DNA from: Macrostomum lignano
Taxonomy: Eukaryota
Assembly (NCBI GenBank): GCA_002269645.1
Contig: NIVC01000221.1
Location: 186,001-250,000 of the forward strand
DNA length: 64,000 nt
Direction of reading: 5' to 3'
Below the pieces are notes generated by a model that saw only the letters and a list, made by a program, of their open reading frames with translations, did no database searches and was not told where the DNA came from. Shown piece by piece: positions 25,563 through 36,913 of the stretch (position 1 is its first letter; each line of letters starts with the position of its first letter). A program made the translations under genes and the position numbers.

Positions 25563-28500
25563 ATGGCGTCGCAAGCAGTTAGACAGAGCCAAGAGCTCAA
25601 TTTGGAAGATGCAGAGATGGCTGAGGCTTGGATGCAACAGCTATCGGCGACAGCACGTATCAAGAAGCTCGCCGACTCCGACGAAGCTCGCGACAAAACT
25701 GATTTGTTTCTGTCAAAGGCGGGACTCCAGGCGATTCGCACCTTGTCTCTCATGGCAGCGCCAAAAAAATTGGAAGATTTAAAATTTGACAACATCAAAA
25801 CCCTAGTCGACAGCACTATTCGCCCGAAGAAACGCCTCGTCATCGCGGAGCGCACCAAGTTCCTCAACATAAAACAAGAAGTGGGTGAGAGCGTCATGGT
25901 CTACTTCAGGAGACTGAGGGCTGCCGCATCTCTATGCGAGTTTGAGACGCTAGGAAGCAAGCAGTCAAAGGAGAACGATATGATCGTCATGCGACTTATT
26001 GATGGTCTGATCTCAGCCGAGCACAAAAAGCGAATTCTCGAGCGGCTACAAGAGGGTGACCTGCTGCTTGACGGTATTCTGCAGAGCCTTCAACACTTGG
26101 AGCAGATCAGAGACTACAACGCTCCCACAACCGCGGACATTGCTTTCACCAGACAGCACAAAAATGTACCACCTTCAAAGGAAATGGCTAAATGTGGATT
26201 CTGTGGCACGAGTCACCCCAGAGGCAACTGTCCCGCGTTCGGAAAAAAGTGCAGCAAGTGTCAGAAGAAGAACCACTTTTCGGCTGTCTGCAGGTCTCGA
26301 GCTGTCCATCTGGAGACAACGGAAACCGATGAGGCGGAAATATACGCCCTTGGCCCTAACGCAGCAAAGACAGGCCTCTTCAAAACCATCAAGATCAACG
26401 GCTGTGGCGTACCAATGCAGATCGACACTGGAGCGGAGGTCAGCCTCATCCCGCAGAACCTCTGGAGACAACTGGGCCAACCGCCTCTGCGTAATTGCAA
26501 AAGGATTCTGCGGCAGTTTGACGGCTCGACCATTGCCTGTCTCGGCGAGTTCACTGCGTCGCTCGAGACCGACACGAGCTTCGTAACCGTTGATCTAGTC
26601 GTCACTGTCTCAGAAAAGAAGCATGGGCTGCTCGGAATGGATAACATAAAACTGCAAGAAGACTCCGTCACCATCAACAAGATTCAGCAGCTGGGCTGTC
26701 TCAAAGGCTTTCAAGCTAAATTCAGGCTCGTGGAAGGAGCCAGACCGTTCTACTGCGCTGCTCGACCTGTGCCACTGCACCTCAAGGACCTGGTGGTGCA
26801 CGAGCTGCAGCGGATGGAATCTGAAGGCATCATCGAGCCAGTCCCGGCGGGTGGCAGCCAGTGGGCGTCTCCAATAGTCAACGTTCTGAAGCCCAGTGGG
26901 AAGGTCCGAGTGTGCGCCGACTTCAAGGCCGGAGTGAACCACCAGATCTGCAATGACACCTACCCGATGCCAGAAATGGAGACCATATTCTCAGAGATCG
27001 CGGGCATGACGCACTTCGCCAAACTCGACTTGTCAGACGCTTACCTGCAAATTGAACTCGAGGAAAATAGCCGAGAAGTAACCACCATTGCAACACCACT
27101 AGGCCTCTACCGCTACAAGAGATTGGTTCCTGGTTTAAAATCAGCGTCATCAATTTTCCAAAAGGCCATGGAAACAATACTGGAGGACGTCAGCAGCAAA
27201 ATAGTATACCAGGATGATATCCTTCTTGGTGCTAAGTCCGACTCCGAGCTCAATCAGAAGGTACAGCACGTACTGCAAGCCCTGGAGTCAGCCGGCATGA
27301 CCATCAACCTGGACAAATCGAATCTAAAAGCAACAGAAATCTCATTCCTCGGCTACAAGATTAGCGCCGCTGGAATCACGCCGGACCCGGACCTGGTAGA
27401 GAAAATCCGCTCGGTAAAACCGCCCAAGGACAAAAAGCAGTTAGAATCTTTCCTAGGACTCGCGAACTTCTTTGGGAGGTTCATCAGGAGCTACTCTGAC
27501 ATCGTCGAGCCGCTCAATCAGCTGCGAGCCCGAGCTGCTAAGTTCAACTGGGGTCCGGCTGCGCAATCAGCGTTCTCGCTCATCAAGGACATTCTCAGCC
27601 GAGGACCGGTCATCAAACCGTACGACAAGCGCAAGGAAACGACGCTCACCACCGATGCCAGCGAGAAGGCGATCGGAGCGATTCTGTCACAAGATGGTCA
27701 CCCGATAATGTACTTCAGCAGGCGGCTGAGCAGCACCGAGACGCGCTACTCAAACATAGAGAGAGAGGCACTCGCAATCGTCTGGGCCATGGAGCGTGCT
27801 AAACAATTCCTGCTGGGATCGCGCTTTACACTAAGAACCGATCACCGCCCGCTGGAGTTCATCTTCGGCTCGAGACGCCAACTGCCGAAAGTCGCAAATG
27901 CCAGGCTGCTTCGGTGGGCCATAAAACTAATGGCTTTCGACTACGATATCGTCTACACGAAAGGCGAGTCGATCCCGCAGGTCGATGCGCTGTCACGGCT
28001 AGACTTCGATGGTGACGGCTCCGAGAACCAGACTGAGCAGCGGCTGGAGAGCATTATCCACTGGACAGCGGAGGCTGTTATCCCATGGCAGGAACTCAAG
28101 GCTGAAACCCAGAGGGAGAGGCTGCTGATGGATGTCACAAAGCGAGTCGTCACTAACAGATGGTCGAACTGCTCTCCGGCTGAAAGACCGTTCAAAGCGG
28201 CCCGGAATGCTCTGATTGTCGAGGACGGAGTTCTCTGCTATGGCGACCGGGCGGTCATTCCGGCCGTCCTCCGGCAAAAAGTTCTTCGACTTGTGCACAA
28301 CGACACGCATCAAGGGTCCGGCTCGACGCGCGCTCGCCTGCAGAACTCCGCCTGGTGGCCCGGCTACTGCAACGACGTGGAGGTCTTCATTCGCAACTGT
28401 CCAACCTGCTCGAGACTGCGGCCAAGCGGTTCGGCGGCTGTCCATCGGTGGCCGGAGGAGCAGGAGCCCTGGCACAGGGTACACATGGACCACGCAAACG

Positions 28501-29294
28501 TTCCAAAGGCCGGGCTGCTGCTAATTCTGGTCGACGCGATGTCCGGCTGGCCGGAGGCTGTACGAGTGCCTAACAGAGACGCGGCCACTGTCAAGCGAGT
28601 GCTGCAGTCCGTCTTCGCGAGAACCGGTGTGCCCCACGTGCTCGTCAGCGACAATGCAGCCGAGTTTCATGATGCTAATCTGCTCGCCTGGCTAGAGAGA
28701 ATCGGCTGCCGCGCTGTAAAAACGCCACCGAGACATCCGCAATCCAACGGCTTGGCGGAGCGGATGGTCCAGTCCATCAAGAGAGCATCAGCAGCCTGGG
28801 ATCAGCGATCAGAGCCCTACGACTCATTTCTGTCCAGGCTGCTCCTCAACTACAGATGCGTGCCGCACGCAGGCCGAATGCAGAGCCCGGCGCAGCTCAT
28901 GGGTCGGCAGCTGCGCAACCCGATCACCATGCAGACCCCCATCGGAGCAAGCGTCTGGTACACACCCGGTGGCAAACAGGAGCAAGAGCAAGCCGAGTTC
29001 GTGGCACAGAAGGGCACAAACACGGCACTGATCGCTCGACACGGAGGTCAGGTCACCCTTGCTCACGCCGACCAGCTGAGTCCGGTCATTGAGCAGCCGA
29101 CTAAGCCAGTCCAGCAGCAGCCAGACAATCCTATCGATCTCCGGACTGGCGAGCAGCTCGCCCAGCATCAGCCCGACGATCTCGATCAAGACCAGCCAAG
29201 CGGACTCGGCGAGCCCGCCCAAGAGCCAGAGCGCCGCTACCCGGTGCGTGCGAACCGAGGCGTGCCGCCGGTTCGATTCGAGGGGGGGAGATGA
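25563..29294 (+). CDS. Gag-Pol polyprotein (Gag with double zinc knuckle, protease, RT, RNase H, integrase), 1243 aa
   Basis: CGFCGTSH..NC.AFGKKCSKCQKKNHFSAVC, QIDTGAEVS, DLSDAYLQ, YQDDIL, TDASEKAIG, YSNIEREALA, HHCC zinc finger, D..SDNAAEF..SNGLAERMVQ. PR-RT-RH-IN order, uninterrupted. Confidence 0.96.
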   Translation: MASQAVRQSQELNLEDAEMAEAWMQQLSATARIKKLADSDEARDKTDLFLSKAGLQAIRTLSLMAAPKKLEDLKFDNIKTLVDSTIRPKKRLVIAERTKFLNIKQEVGESVMVYFRRLRAAASLCEFETLGSKQSKENDMIVMRLIDGLISAEHKKRILERLQEGDLLLDGILQSLQHLEQIRDYNAPTTADIAFTRQHKNVPPSKEMAKCGFCGTSHPRGNCPAFGKKCSKCQKKNHFSAVCRSRAVHLETTETDEAEIYALGPNAAKTGLFKTIKINGCGVPMQIDTGAEVSLIPQNLWRQLGQPPLRNCKRILRQFDGSTIACLGEFTASLETDTSFVTVDLVVTVSEKKHGLLGMDNIKLQEDSVTINKIQQLGCLKGFQAKFRLVEGARPFYCAARPVPLHLKDLVVHELQRMESEGIIEPVPAGGSQWASPIVNVLKPSGKVRVCADFKAGVNHQICNDTYPMPEMETIFSEIAGMTHFAKLDLSDAYLQIELEENSREVTTIATPLGLYRYKRLVPGLKSASSIFQKAMETILEDVSSKIVYQDDILLGAKSDSELNQKVQHVLQALESAGMTINLDKSNLKATEISFLGYKISAAGITPDPDLVEKIRSVKPPKDKKQLESFLGLANFFGRFIRSYSDIVEPLNQLRARAAKFNWGPAAQSAFSLIKDILSRGPVIKPYDKRKETTLTTDASEKAIGAILSQDGHPIMYFSRRLSSTETRYSNIEREALAIVWAMERAKQFLLGSRFTLRTDHRPLEFIFGSRRQLPKVANARLLRWAIKLMAFDYDIVYTKGESIPQVDALSRLDFDGDGSENQTEQRLESIIHWTAEAVIPWQELKAETQRERLLMDVTKRVVTNRWSNCSPAERPFKAARNALIVEDGVLCYGDRAVIPAVLRQKVLRLVHNDTHQGSGSTRARLQNSAWWPGYCNDVEVFIRNCPTCSRLRPSGSAAVHRWPEEQEPWHRVHMDHANVPKAGLLLILVDAMSGWPEAVRVPNRDAATVKRVLQSVFARTGVPHVLVSDNAAEFHDANLLAWLERIGCRAVKTPPRHPQSNGLAERMVQSIKRASAAWDQRSEPYDSFLSRLLLNYRCVPHAGRMQSPAQLMGRQLRNPITMQTPIGASVWYTPGGKQEQEQAEFVAQKGTNTALIARHGGQVTLAHADQLSPVIEQPTKPVQQQPDNPIDLRTGEQLAQHQPDDLDQDQPSGLGEPAQEPERRYPVRANRGVPPVRFEGGR

Positions 29295-29593
29295 GGCGGC
29301 GTGTTGGTTTGCAGGGTCAGACTCTTGAGTTATTGATCTACGAGTATATATTTTATTGAACCAATGAGCCAATGCCTTCTTACACCCGAAGTGTTCAGAT
29401 GTACGTATTCACTCTAAGCACTTTATTTATTTTATGCCTTCTGTGCGCGCACTGCACCAACCACCCCAATATTATCACTATCGTGTTTGCTATATATCGT
29501 TAGTTTTCTCTCGCTTTGAAATCGTGAAATACAACAGCATTTTGACCATGCATAATTAAGCTAGACTTGTTTCATTCAATCGACGACACGTCA
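29292..29593 (+). repeat. 3' LTR (302 bp)
   Basis: Direct repeat of 25261-25562, followed by the TSD CCAAC. Confidence 0.97.
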
Positions 29594-32500
29594 CCAACCT
29601 CCTCTCTAGGCTCCTTTCAAACAGACACAGCCTCCTGCTGGGGGACCTTAATGCTAGGCATGGGTTTCTTGGCAGCGAGAGCAGATGCAATAGAGCAGGG
29701 AACCAACTCTATGAATGGGCAACAAATGACGCCTATAATCCTAAATTCATGCCCCAGGGGTTTTCACCAGAATCGCGAGCAAAGCGGGAATCATCTCCAG
29801 AAACGTTCTAGACTTGGGGATTTCGTCTTCCGATTTCTGCCCCTGGATAAGCAAGTTCCACGTTGGTGAGGATGTGGGCAGTGACCACCTTCCCATCTTC
29901 GTCACTCTTAACTCCAAGCCCCCAGCCTGGTTAGGACCGGAAAAACCAAAAAATTTCAATAAAGTAGACTGGGACGCCTTCCAAGCTCATCTAAGAGGAC
30001 GTATGCTTCGCGAGAATAGAGACACAATTTCTCCCTTAGACTCAATCACCAAAATAGACCAGGAGGTAAAAACTATTACAGAAGTCATTCAAAAAACTAT
30101 CGAAGAGGTAGTCCCAACCAGAAATCTCCAAAGACCTCTCCCTCAGGAGATAATTACCCTCATAAAAGAACGTAGAAAGCTCCGTAGGATCTTTAACCAA
30201 ACGAGAGATGACTCTTTTAGAAAGAAAGCCAACCAAACAGCGAAAGAAATCAAAAGAAAAATTGATGCCTTTGAGGCCGGGAAACTCACCAAAATGTGTC
30301 AAAGAATAGTTGAGAACAGTAACAATAAAAAATCAAAGATTTCTGGAGGGACACTAAAGTTCTTATGGGCAAAAATAAGACAGGAAATATTCCCTCTCTC
30401 TCAACGGAAAGAGAGACTGCACACACAGACATTGACAAAGAAAACCTGCTCGCAACCACACTAAATAACAGAATGCAACCCATCTCATCCACCAGCCCCT
30501 CCTTTAGAGAAGAGGTCGAGAAAGTGTGCAGAAAACCTGAGTTCAAACCCATACCACAGGGTAAAACTGTTAAGATCACTCACCCACTTGAGATCCCATT
30601 TACTGTCTCTGATACAATCTGGGAACTCGAACATCTCAAGGTCAATAGTGCCCCTGGATTAGACAAGATCCCGAACAAAATCCTCAAATTTGGCCTCGAA
30701 GGAGTAGCGATCAACCGGATCACCAACCTGTTCAACTCCTGCTTCAAAACAGGCATCTTCCCCACAGCATGGAAACAAGCGGTGGTCACAATGATCCCCA
30801 AACCCAATAAACCTCCGCAATCTCCTAGCTCCTACAGACCTATTAGCCTAACATCCTGCTTAGGGAAAGTCTTTGAAAAACTTCCAGTTAAACGACTGAT
30901 GAAGTACCTAGAAGCGAATAATATCTTAGGTAGTGATCAATGTGCTTACCGAAAGGTCCACTCCACTCTTGACAATCTTGTGCGGCTCGTCCAGGATGCC
31001 CTGGTCGCAGAAGCAGAACACTTGAGAAGCCTAGGCATCTTTCTCGATGTGGAGGGAGCCTTTGACACGATGGTCCATAACTATATTAGGTATAGAATGT
31101 TCCAGGTAGACCTGCCAACAGCCATTACCAGGATCTGCTCTAACTACCTTGAGAACAGAAGTTTTCGGGTCAAGGTTAACAACATCCTTAGTGACTCGTT
31201 TCAAATTATGGCAGGCGTTCCCCAGGGAGGTATACTCAGCCCCTTCTTGTACCTGCTCTTCATCAGCACAATGCCCCAAACGGGTCATCCAGACATCAGG
31301 AAAAGTCAATTTGCAGATGACATGGCCATCTGGGGATCTGCCAAGTCCTTCGGAGAACTCCGAAATATTGTTCAACCCTACCTGAACAGCCTTTGGGCCT
31401 GGTGCGGAGAACAAGGCATCAAAATAAATGCTAGCAAAAGTCAAGCTATAGTTTTTTCCTATGCCCCAGAAAACCCGACTAGATGGGACATCAGGCCGGA
31501 ACTAAAGCTAGGTGACGCAACCCTACCTACCAAAAAGAAGTGAAATTTCTGGGCATCAACCTTGACTATAGACTCACCCTGAAACCCCACTGTGAGGCTG
31601 TAATCACCAAATGCAGAGCACTTATTATGTCAATCCATCGAATCTCCAAACTCACCAAACTCAGCAGTGAGACACTAAAAATGCTCTACAGAGCATATGT
31701 TGATAGCACAATGACCTACACGTATTCTCCAAGTACTCAGAAATGATAGCATTACGAAACTCCAACAGACCCAAAATCTAGCCCTTAGATTATGCTTTGG
31801 TGTTCCCAGTTACACGCAAACTAAATTCCTACATGAACTAGCAGAAATGCCCATGGTTGCAGACAGAATCCTAGACTTGGGCATTGGATGGCTCAGTAAG
31901 GCGCAAAACGCAAACCTCCACAACTTTCGGACTGAACCGGAACTACCCAGAGCAGCCCAGGGAAAACCCCCAATCCTGAATAAGCTATGGGGCAAACAGA
32001 GGGAACGGGCCGCCTCTGCACTTCCGATCCAACCTAGACTAGCAAATAAGGCAAAAAGAACATTAAGCAACAGTGAAGGAAATGAACAAAAAGCAAAAAA
32101 AACTTGCCGAAGAGAGTCAGAGCGGCGCCCAAGCTAGATCCACATGGTGAATCGATGCGCAGGTCCCACACTGTGGATAACCTATCTTTGAAATGTCACT
32201 CAGGCGCGGGGACGATTTCAGCCAGGAACCCGCGTCGAGCCCGCAGACTCCAACCTGGCAGACCTCGAAAGGCCCTTATCTTGTGCCCAGCGACAATTGC
32301 TTATCTGTGTTCTTGTCTATAGTTCGATTTTCCTTATGTACCCACAAAAAAATTACGTATTCAGTGTCTGAACCCGATTCAGATATTTCCTCAATTTTTA
32401 GAAACATATTTTTAGAAGGATAGTAACATCTTGGGAAAAAAGCTACTACAATTATTATAAACATCAAAAATTACCAAAATAACAAAAATCGATAAAAAAA

Positions 32501-33099
32501 TTAAAGTGTCACCATTTGGGCTGGAGCAGTGCACAGCTCACTCCTTTTTGTTCGAGCTTAATCAGATGTATATGTACGACTGCAAAACAAATAATCCTTA
32601 CTAATCCTTACTAATTTCAACTAATTTCTTTCTTTTAATTCTACAATATATTTATGCACAATATTTACAATATCTACAATATTTATTTAAAATTGTTTTT
32701 AGTATCCAGCCCAGCTCAAAAGGAACCCCTTCCCCTGTTTTTTATCCCTAATATTCTCCTTCCTTGAGCAAAATTTTCTTAAAAATTCCAAAATACTTTT
32801 ACTTTTATTTTCAATCTCAATGATTACAGTTTTACACCTTTACACTTTTTATACAAGTAAAATACTATTTCGCAATTTAATTTACAATACAATGCTCGTT
32901 TTAAATTTTTTTATAAATATATATATATTGCGGCAGAGCCCCCCCAAGGGCTGACCCGCGACCGCTTAGGTCAATGCGTTTTTAATAAAAATATCACTCA
33001 CTGTGTATATCACTGCTATGTATTTGACTGCAGTGCCGAAGCATATATGGCTGATGCAAAAAATGGTCTGGTTCGTTTTATGTGTGCCCCGGGTCTCGG

Positions 33100-33305
33100 G
33101 TGCTTGCTACGTCTGTTGGATGCTTGATGTCTGGGGGATTGCTTGCTGTCTGGGGGATGCTTGCTTGTGCTTGCTGTCTGAGAAATGCTTGCTGTCTGGG
33201 GGATGCTTGCTTGTGCTTGCTGTCTGGGGAATGCTTGCCGTCTGGGGGATGCTTGCTGTCTGAGGAATGCTTGCCGTCTGGGGGATGCTTGCTTTCTGGG
33301 GGATT
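33100..33305. repeat. 18-bp degenerate minisatellite (GCTTGCTGTCTGGGGGAT)
   Basis: Repeated gtctgggggatgcttgct units, giving the 6-aa periodicity of the spurious ORFs. Confidence 0.85.
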
Positions 33306-35085
33306 CTTTGAGTTAGGCTAATAAAGAGGGGTCTAAGGCCGTGAGCTCCTGCTGTAGACCAGAATATGCCCCGGCCAGTGACAATATGCACTAAGAGTTT
33401 GTGCTTGAAAGGATAAGCACTATTTGCTGATTGAGACAGGGTTTTGGGTTGATGAAGGAAACTTTTTTGGCGGATGAAAGTTTTGATTCATGGCAATTTG
33501 GTGTCATTTTTAAGGCCCCCCAGTGGGGGGCTAAATGGCTAGTTCTAAAAGCTAAATCAAGGAATTCTAAATCTAGCAACTGGAATGACAACTGAAATAT
33601 CAGCTAGATTTAGAATTCCTTGGCAAAATTGTCTGAATTGGAAACTGTATTCCGGCAGTCTATGGCGAAAACCGCTTTTTTGTGGAGACTGCGCTCTGAT
33701 TCGAACTTTAAAGAAAACAGAGTCGCTTTCAATTGCGTAAAACGTGGCTTTTTGCGAAGCGCAATTTGACAATTTGTGAATTAACTTCCCAAAATGGTGG
33801 CGCTTGCAGCAAAAAATGAAATCAATTCACTTAAGCATGCATGTTCTCAACCATCGACTGTCAAAAGTGATGTGGCCAACGGTCCCGGCCGCCATTTCGT
33901 TCAAACGCCTTGGTGATAAACCGCCATTGTCTTGATCTGACAATTTCGGTTATAGATAGAAAGAGGGTCTTCTTGAACTTACGCAAGAATCTAGCTTTTT
34001 GCATCCCTGCAGCTTTTTTTAGCTATTCAGTTGACAAGAAAGGTTATTTGGTAATTGGCTAAAGAGCTTTTTTCTTTTCTCGGAACGCATATTCTGTCAG
34101 TCTATTAGGGTAGCTTTTCAAGACATCCGTAGACTTCTCAACATCAATGGGAAGATGTAAGAAGCCAGCGAGAGCGAGAGGGAGAGAGAGAGAGGTTTGG
34201 GTGCCGGTCGATGGAAGCGAGCGCTTGTCAGCATCGGAGGCTCAACTACCATTGTGATTCTCACTACACCACCTCTCCTGAGTATCCTTGGCGCGATCCA
34301 CATTGCAGAGCAGACAGTAGAGTAAGTGTTTCCTTGCTGAACAGAAAAAACTGGAAAAATTGTAAAGGCTCTTTTAGGCGTATGCAAAAAAACCGAGAAG
34401 AAGCTCAAGCCGTCACGGATGATTCACCAGCAGGAACGCAGAAACAGCCGCTGGAAAAACAGCGCTGCAAGACATGTGCTCCCAGATTTTTCCAAAAAAC
34501 CCACGCATCATAGAAAAGCTTCAATTTTTTTCTCAGAATGCGAAATTCTTCCCATATGAGTCAGGTACATTAGTGTAAATTAAAAGATTCTAGTACTAAA
34601 AGTAGTTCATCCGGTGTCCCACCGGTTGCGCATTCAACAAGAAAGTACAAGCCGCCAATACACTCTGCTTTAAACTATACGACGTAGAAGACCCATCGAT
34701 TCTTTAAGCATTAAGCAATCAGCAATCATTAAGCAATCACCGATCACTAAACACCGAGAAACAACACTTGAAATGGTTTACCAAACAGACATAATCACTT
34801 TAGTGACGTCTGCACACTGCCTGCGTCGCTGGCAGTGTAGGTTGAATAACTTCTACTACTTTGTTGGAACGCGCTCCGTAATTGGTAGATATTTCATTAT
34901 ATAGTACTTTAGCGCGACGGACATCCAAACAGAGTGAATGCCTCCACCATATACTAAAAATGGTCTGTCGGTATCACTAGGTAGGTAGGAAGATATGTGA
35001 TCGATTAGTGAAAAAATGGCTCAACCAGTTTTCTTCGAATTTGATCGAATAACTTAAATCGCACTTGATAAGCGAAATATTAAAT

Positions 35086-35575
35086 TGCACTTGATAAGCC
35101 AAGGATTATTGCATTTGATAAGCCAAGGATTATTGCATTTGATAAGCCAAGGATTATTGCATTTGATAAGCCAAGGATTATTGCACTTGATAAGCCAAGG
35201 ATTATTGCATTTGATAAGCCAATGATTATTGCATTTGATAAGCCAAGGATTATTGCATTTGATAAGCCAAGGATTATTGCACTTGATAAGCCAAGGATTA
35301 TTGCATTTGATAAGCCAATGATTATTGCACTTGATAAGCCAAGGATTATTGCACTTGATAAGCCAAGGATTATTGCATTTGATAAGCCAAGGATTATTGC
35401 ACTTGATAAGCCAAGGATTATTGCACTTGATAAGCCAAGGATTATTGCATTTGATAAGCCAAGGATTATTGCATTTGATAAGCCAAGGATTATTGCATTT
35501 GATAAGCCAAGGATTATTGCACTTGATAAGCCAAGGATTATTGCACTTGATAAGCCAAGGATTATTCCATTTGAC
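35086..35575. repeat. 24-bp minisatellite TTGATAAGCCAAGGATTATTGCA(T/C), ~20 copies
   Basis: Clear 24-bp period. A paralogous array lies at 57320-57660. Confidence 0.95.
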
Positions 35576-35659
35576 TTCAGATGCCACATGTTGAACGACA
35601 ATGACTATCTACTGGCGCTGTAGCACAGCTGGCAGTTTCTTAAAATTCTACTTCGATTG

Positions 35660-35875
35660 AAGCACCGCTCGCTTCCGATACACGCCTCAGTTCCGACAAG
35701 TCGCTACACTGGACGCCTCGCTGACAGCAGGGAGAACAGCGGTCGAGACCTGCAAGGACTCGAATGTGTCACGGCGTTTGGCCGGTACACAGTTGACCGC
35801 CTTCGTCAAGAGCACGAAAATAACACTGCAGAGGTGTAGCGGTTTCATGCTCGTAAGGTCGGTTCTGCTTTTTTG
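35660..35875 (+). pseudogene. Degenerate WSC exon fragment (subfamily of the 20676 copy)
   Basis: Aligns with 20740-20930 (RYTGRLADSRENSGRDLQGLECVTAFGRYTVDR..FVKSTKITLQRCS). Frameshifted, with cysteines lost. Confidence 0.7.
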
Positions 35876-36117
35876 GTGTTCAGGCGGTCGACGAGGGAGA
35901 ATGTGCGGCCCGTGCAGTGACATCTGCAATGACGCTAACTGGATCATTTCCATCTTTTAAATCACCATTTGACAGGTAAAAATCCTCAATTTTGAACGAA
36001 GTCGAGTTAAATTCGAACCAAAATAGACTTGAAATGAGAAATTTCAGTGGAATGCGATTCTTTGAGGAAATCCAATCAATTTAAACAAACTCATTTTCTA
36101 TTGGCTGAATTGTCTGA

Positions 36118-36500
36118 ATTGGAAAATCTGTTTAGACAGTCTATGGCCAAAATCGCTTTTAAGAGGCCTCGGCAGCTCACTAATGCGAACTGATTTTTAG
36201 ACAATGAGCGGGACGTGTGTCCTGCCAACTGTCTCTCCAAGCCATCCTCTTCACCAGCCTCTTCCTCGTTTTCATTTTCTCCGACAATTTCAGTGTCAAG
36301 ACAAATCCTATCCGCCTCATCTTCATGCGCACTCATGACGATGGCTGCTAGATCTCTATCCAATTCGATGAGTTAAACAGGCGGTTGGAGTCGCACAATA
36401 CGAGTATTCCGTCGATTCTGCATCTTTTGAACTTCAATTCAGCGAGCTGTCGCCCCTGAAAAGCGGTTTTAGCCATAGACTGTGGCAATAAATTTTCCAA
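36118..36500. repeat. Inverted-repeat-bounded dispersed module (MITE-like), also at about 58200-58575; partial copies near 14200-14400 and 21100-21460
   Basis: ttggaaaatctgtttagacagtctatggccaaaatcgctttt is an imperfect inverted copy of aaaagcggttttagccatagactgtggcaataaattttccaa. Confidence 0.55.
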
Positions 36501-36913
36501 AACCAGAAAATGTAGCCTATAAAAAGGGAGTAGCTTATTTGAATTGATGGGGTGGGGTGGTGGGGTGGTGGCGCACCGCGCTAGCCGGCTCGCTAAGCCA
36601 GGGGGTTTGGCGTAGCCAATCACGCCACGCAACATGTGCGCACCTCCCTTGGCCCCTCAATAATCTCGCGCTGTTTTCACTGTTTTGTTTGAAGAACGCC
36701 AAGTCAATGAATTATGGTAGTTTGAAATTAAGCTATATTTTAGCGGCAGCGCGCTCCTAGGGTCTTGTGCTCCTATATGAAAAGATTCGAAGCTTAGCAA
36801 GCAAAGGAGAGTACCGTATCGCGTCGCATAAACCATAGACTATTTTCGAAGTAAAAGTCTATACTTTGCAGTAGTCATAGCAATACGCAACACCCCCACC
36901 GATGCTTATACTA

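Larger units (their letters stand above)
25261..29593 (+). mobile_element. Full-length Ty3/Gypsy LTR retrotransposon (Mag-like)
   Basis: Two 302-bp TG...CA LTRs (25261-25562, 29292-29593) with no difference seen by eye, 5-bp TSD CCAAC, PBS-like TGGCG after the 5' LTR, PPT GAGGGGGGGAGA before the 3' LTR. Confidence 0.97.
24715..32990 (+). mobile_element. APE-RT LINE (Jockey/I-group-like), apparently single-ORF, disrupted and interrupted by the Gypsy element
   Basis: ORF2 starts at ATG 24910 (HLNCRGI, FSET). It resumes after the insertion with GDLNARH and SDHLPI, then RT SAPGLDKI, YRPISLTSCLGKVFE, FLDVEGAFD, GVPQGGILSP, QFADD. It carries stops and frameshifts. Candidate TSD ATATCACTC at 24706-24714 and 32991-32999, with a ttttaataaaa end. 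The outer boundaries are less certain than the ORF. Confidence 0.8.

Noticed and set aside
35054-35623. Repetitive ORFs (LISQGLLH, CNNPWLIK, IILGLSSA) and a possible CRISPR-like array
   Set aside because: Contiguous 24-bp tandem units with no unique spacers, eukaryotic context and no cas genes. The same applies to 57279-57689.
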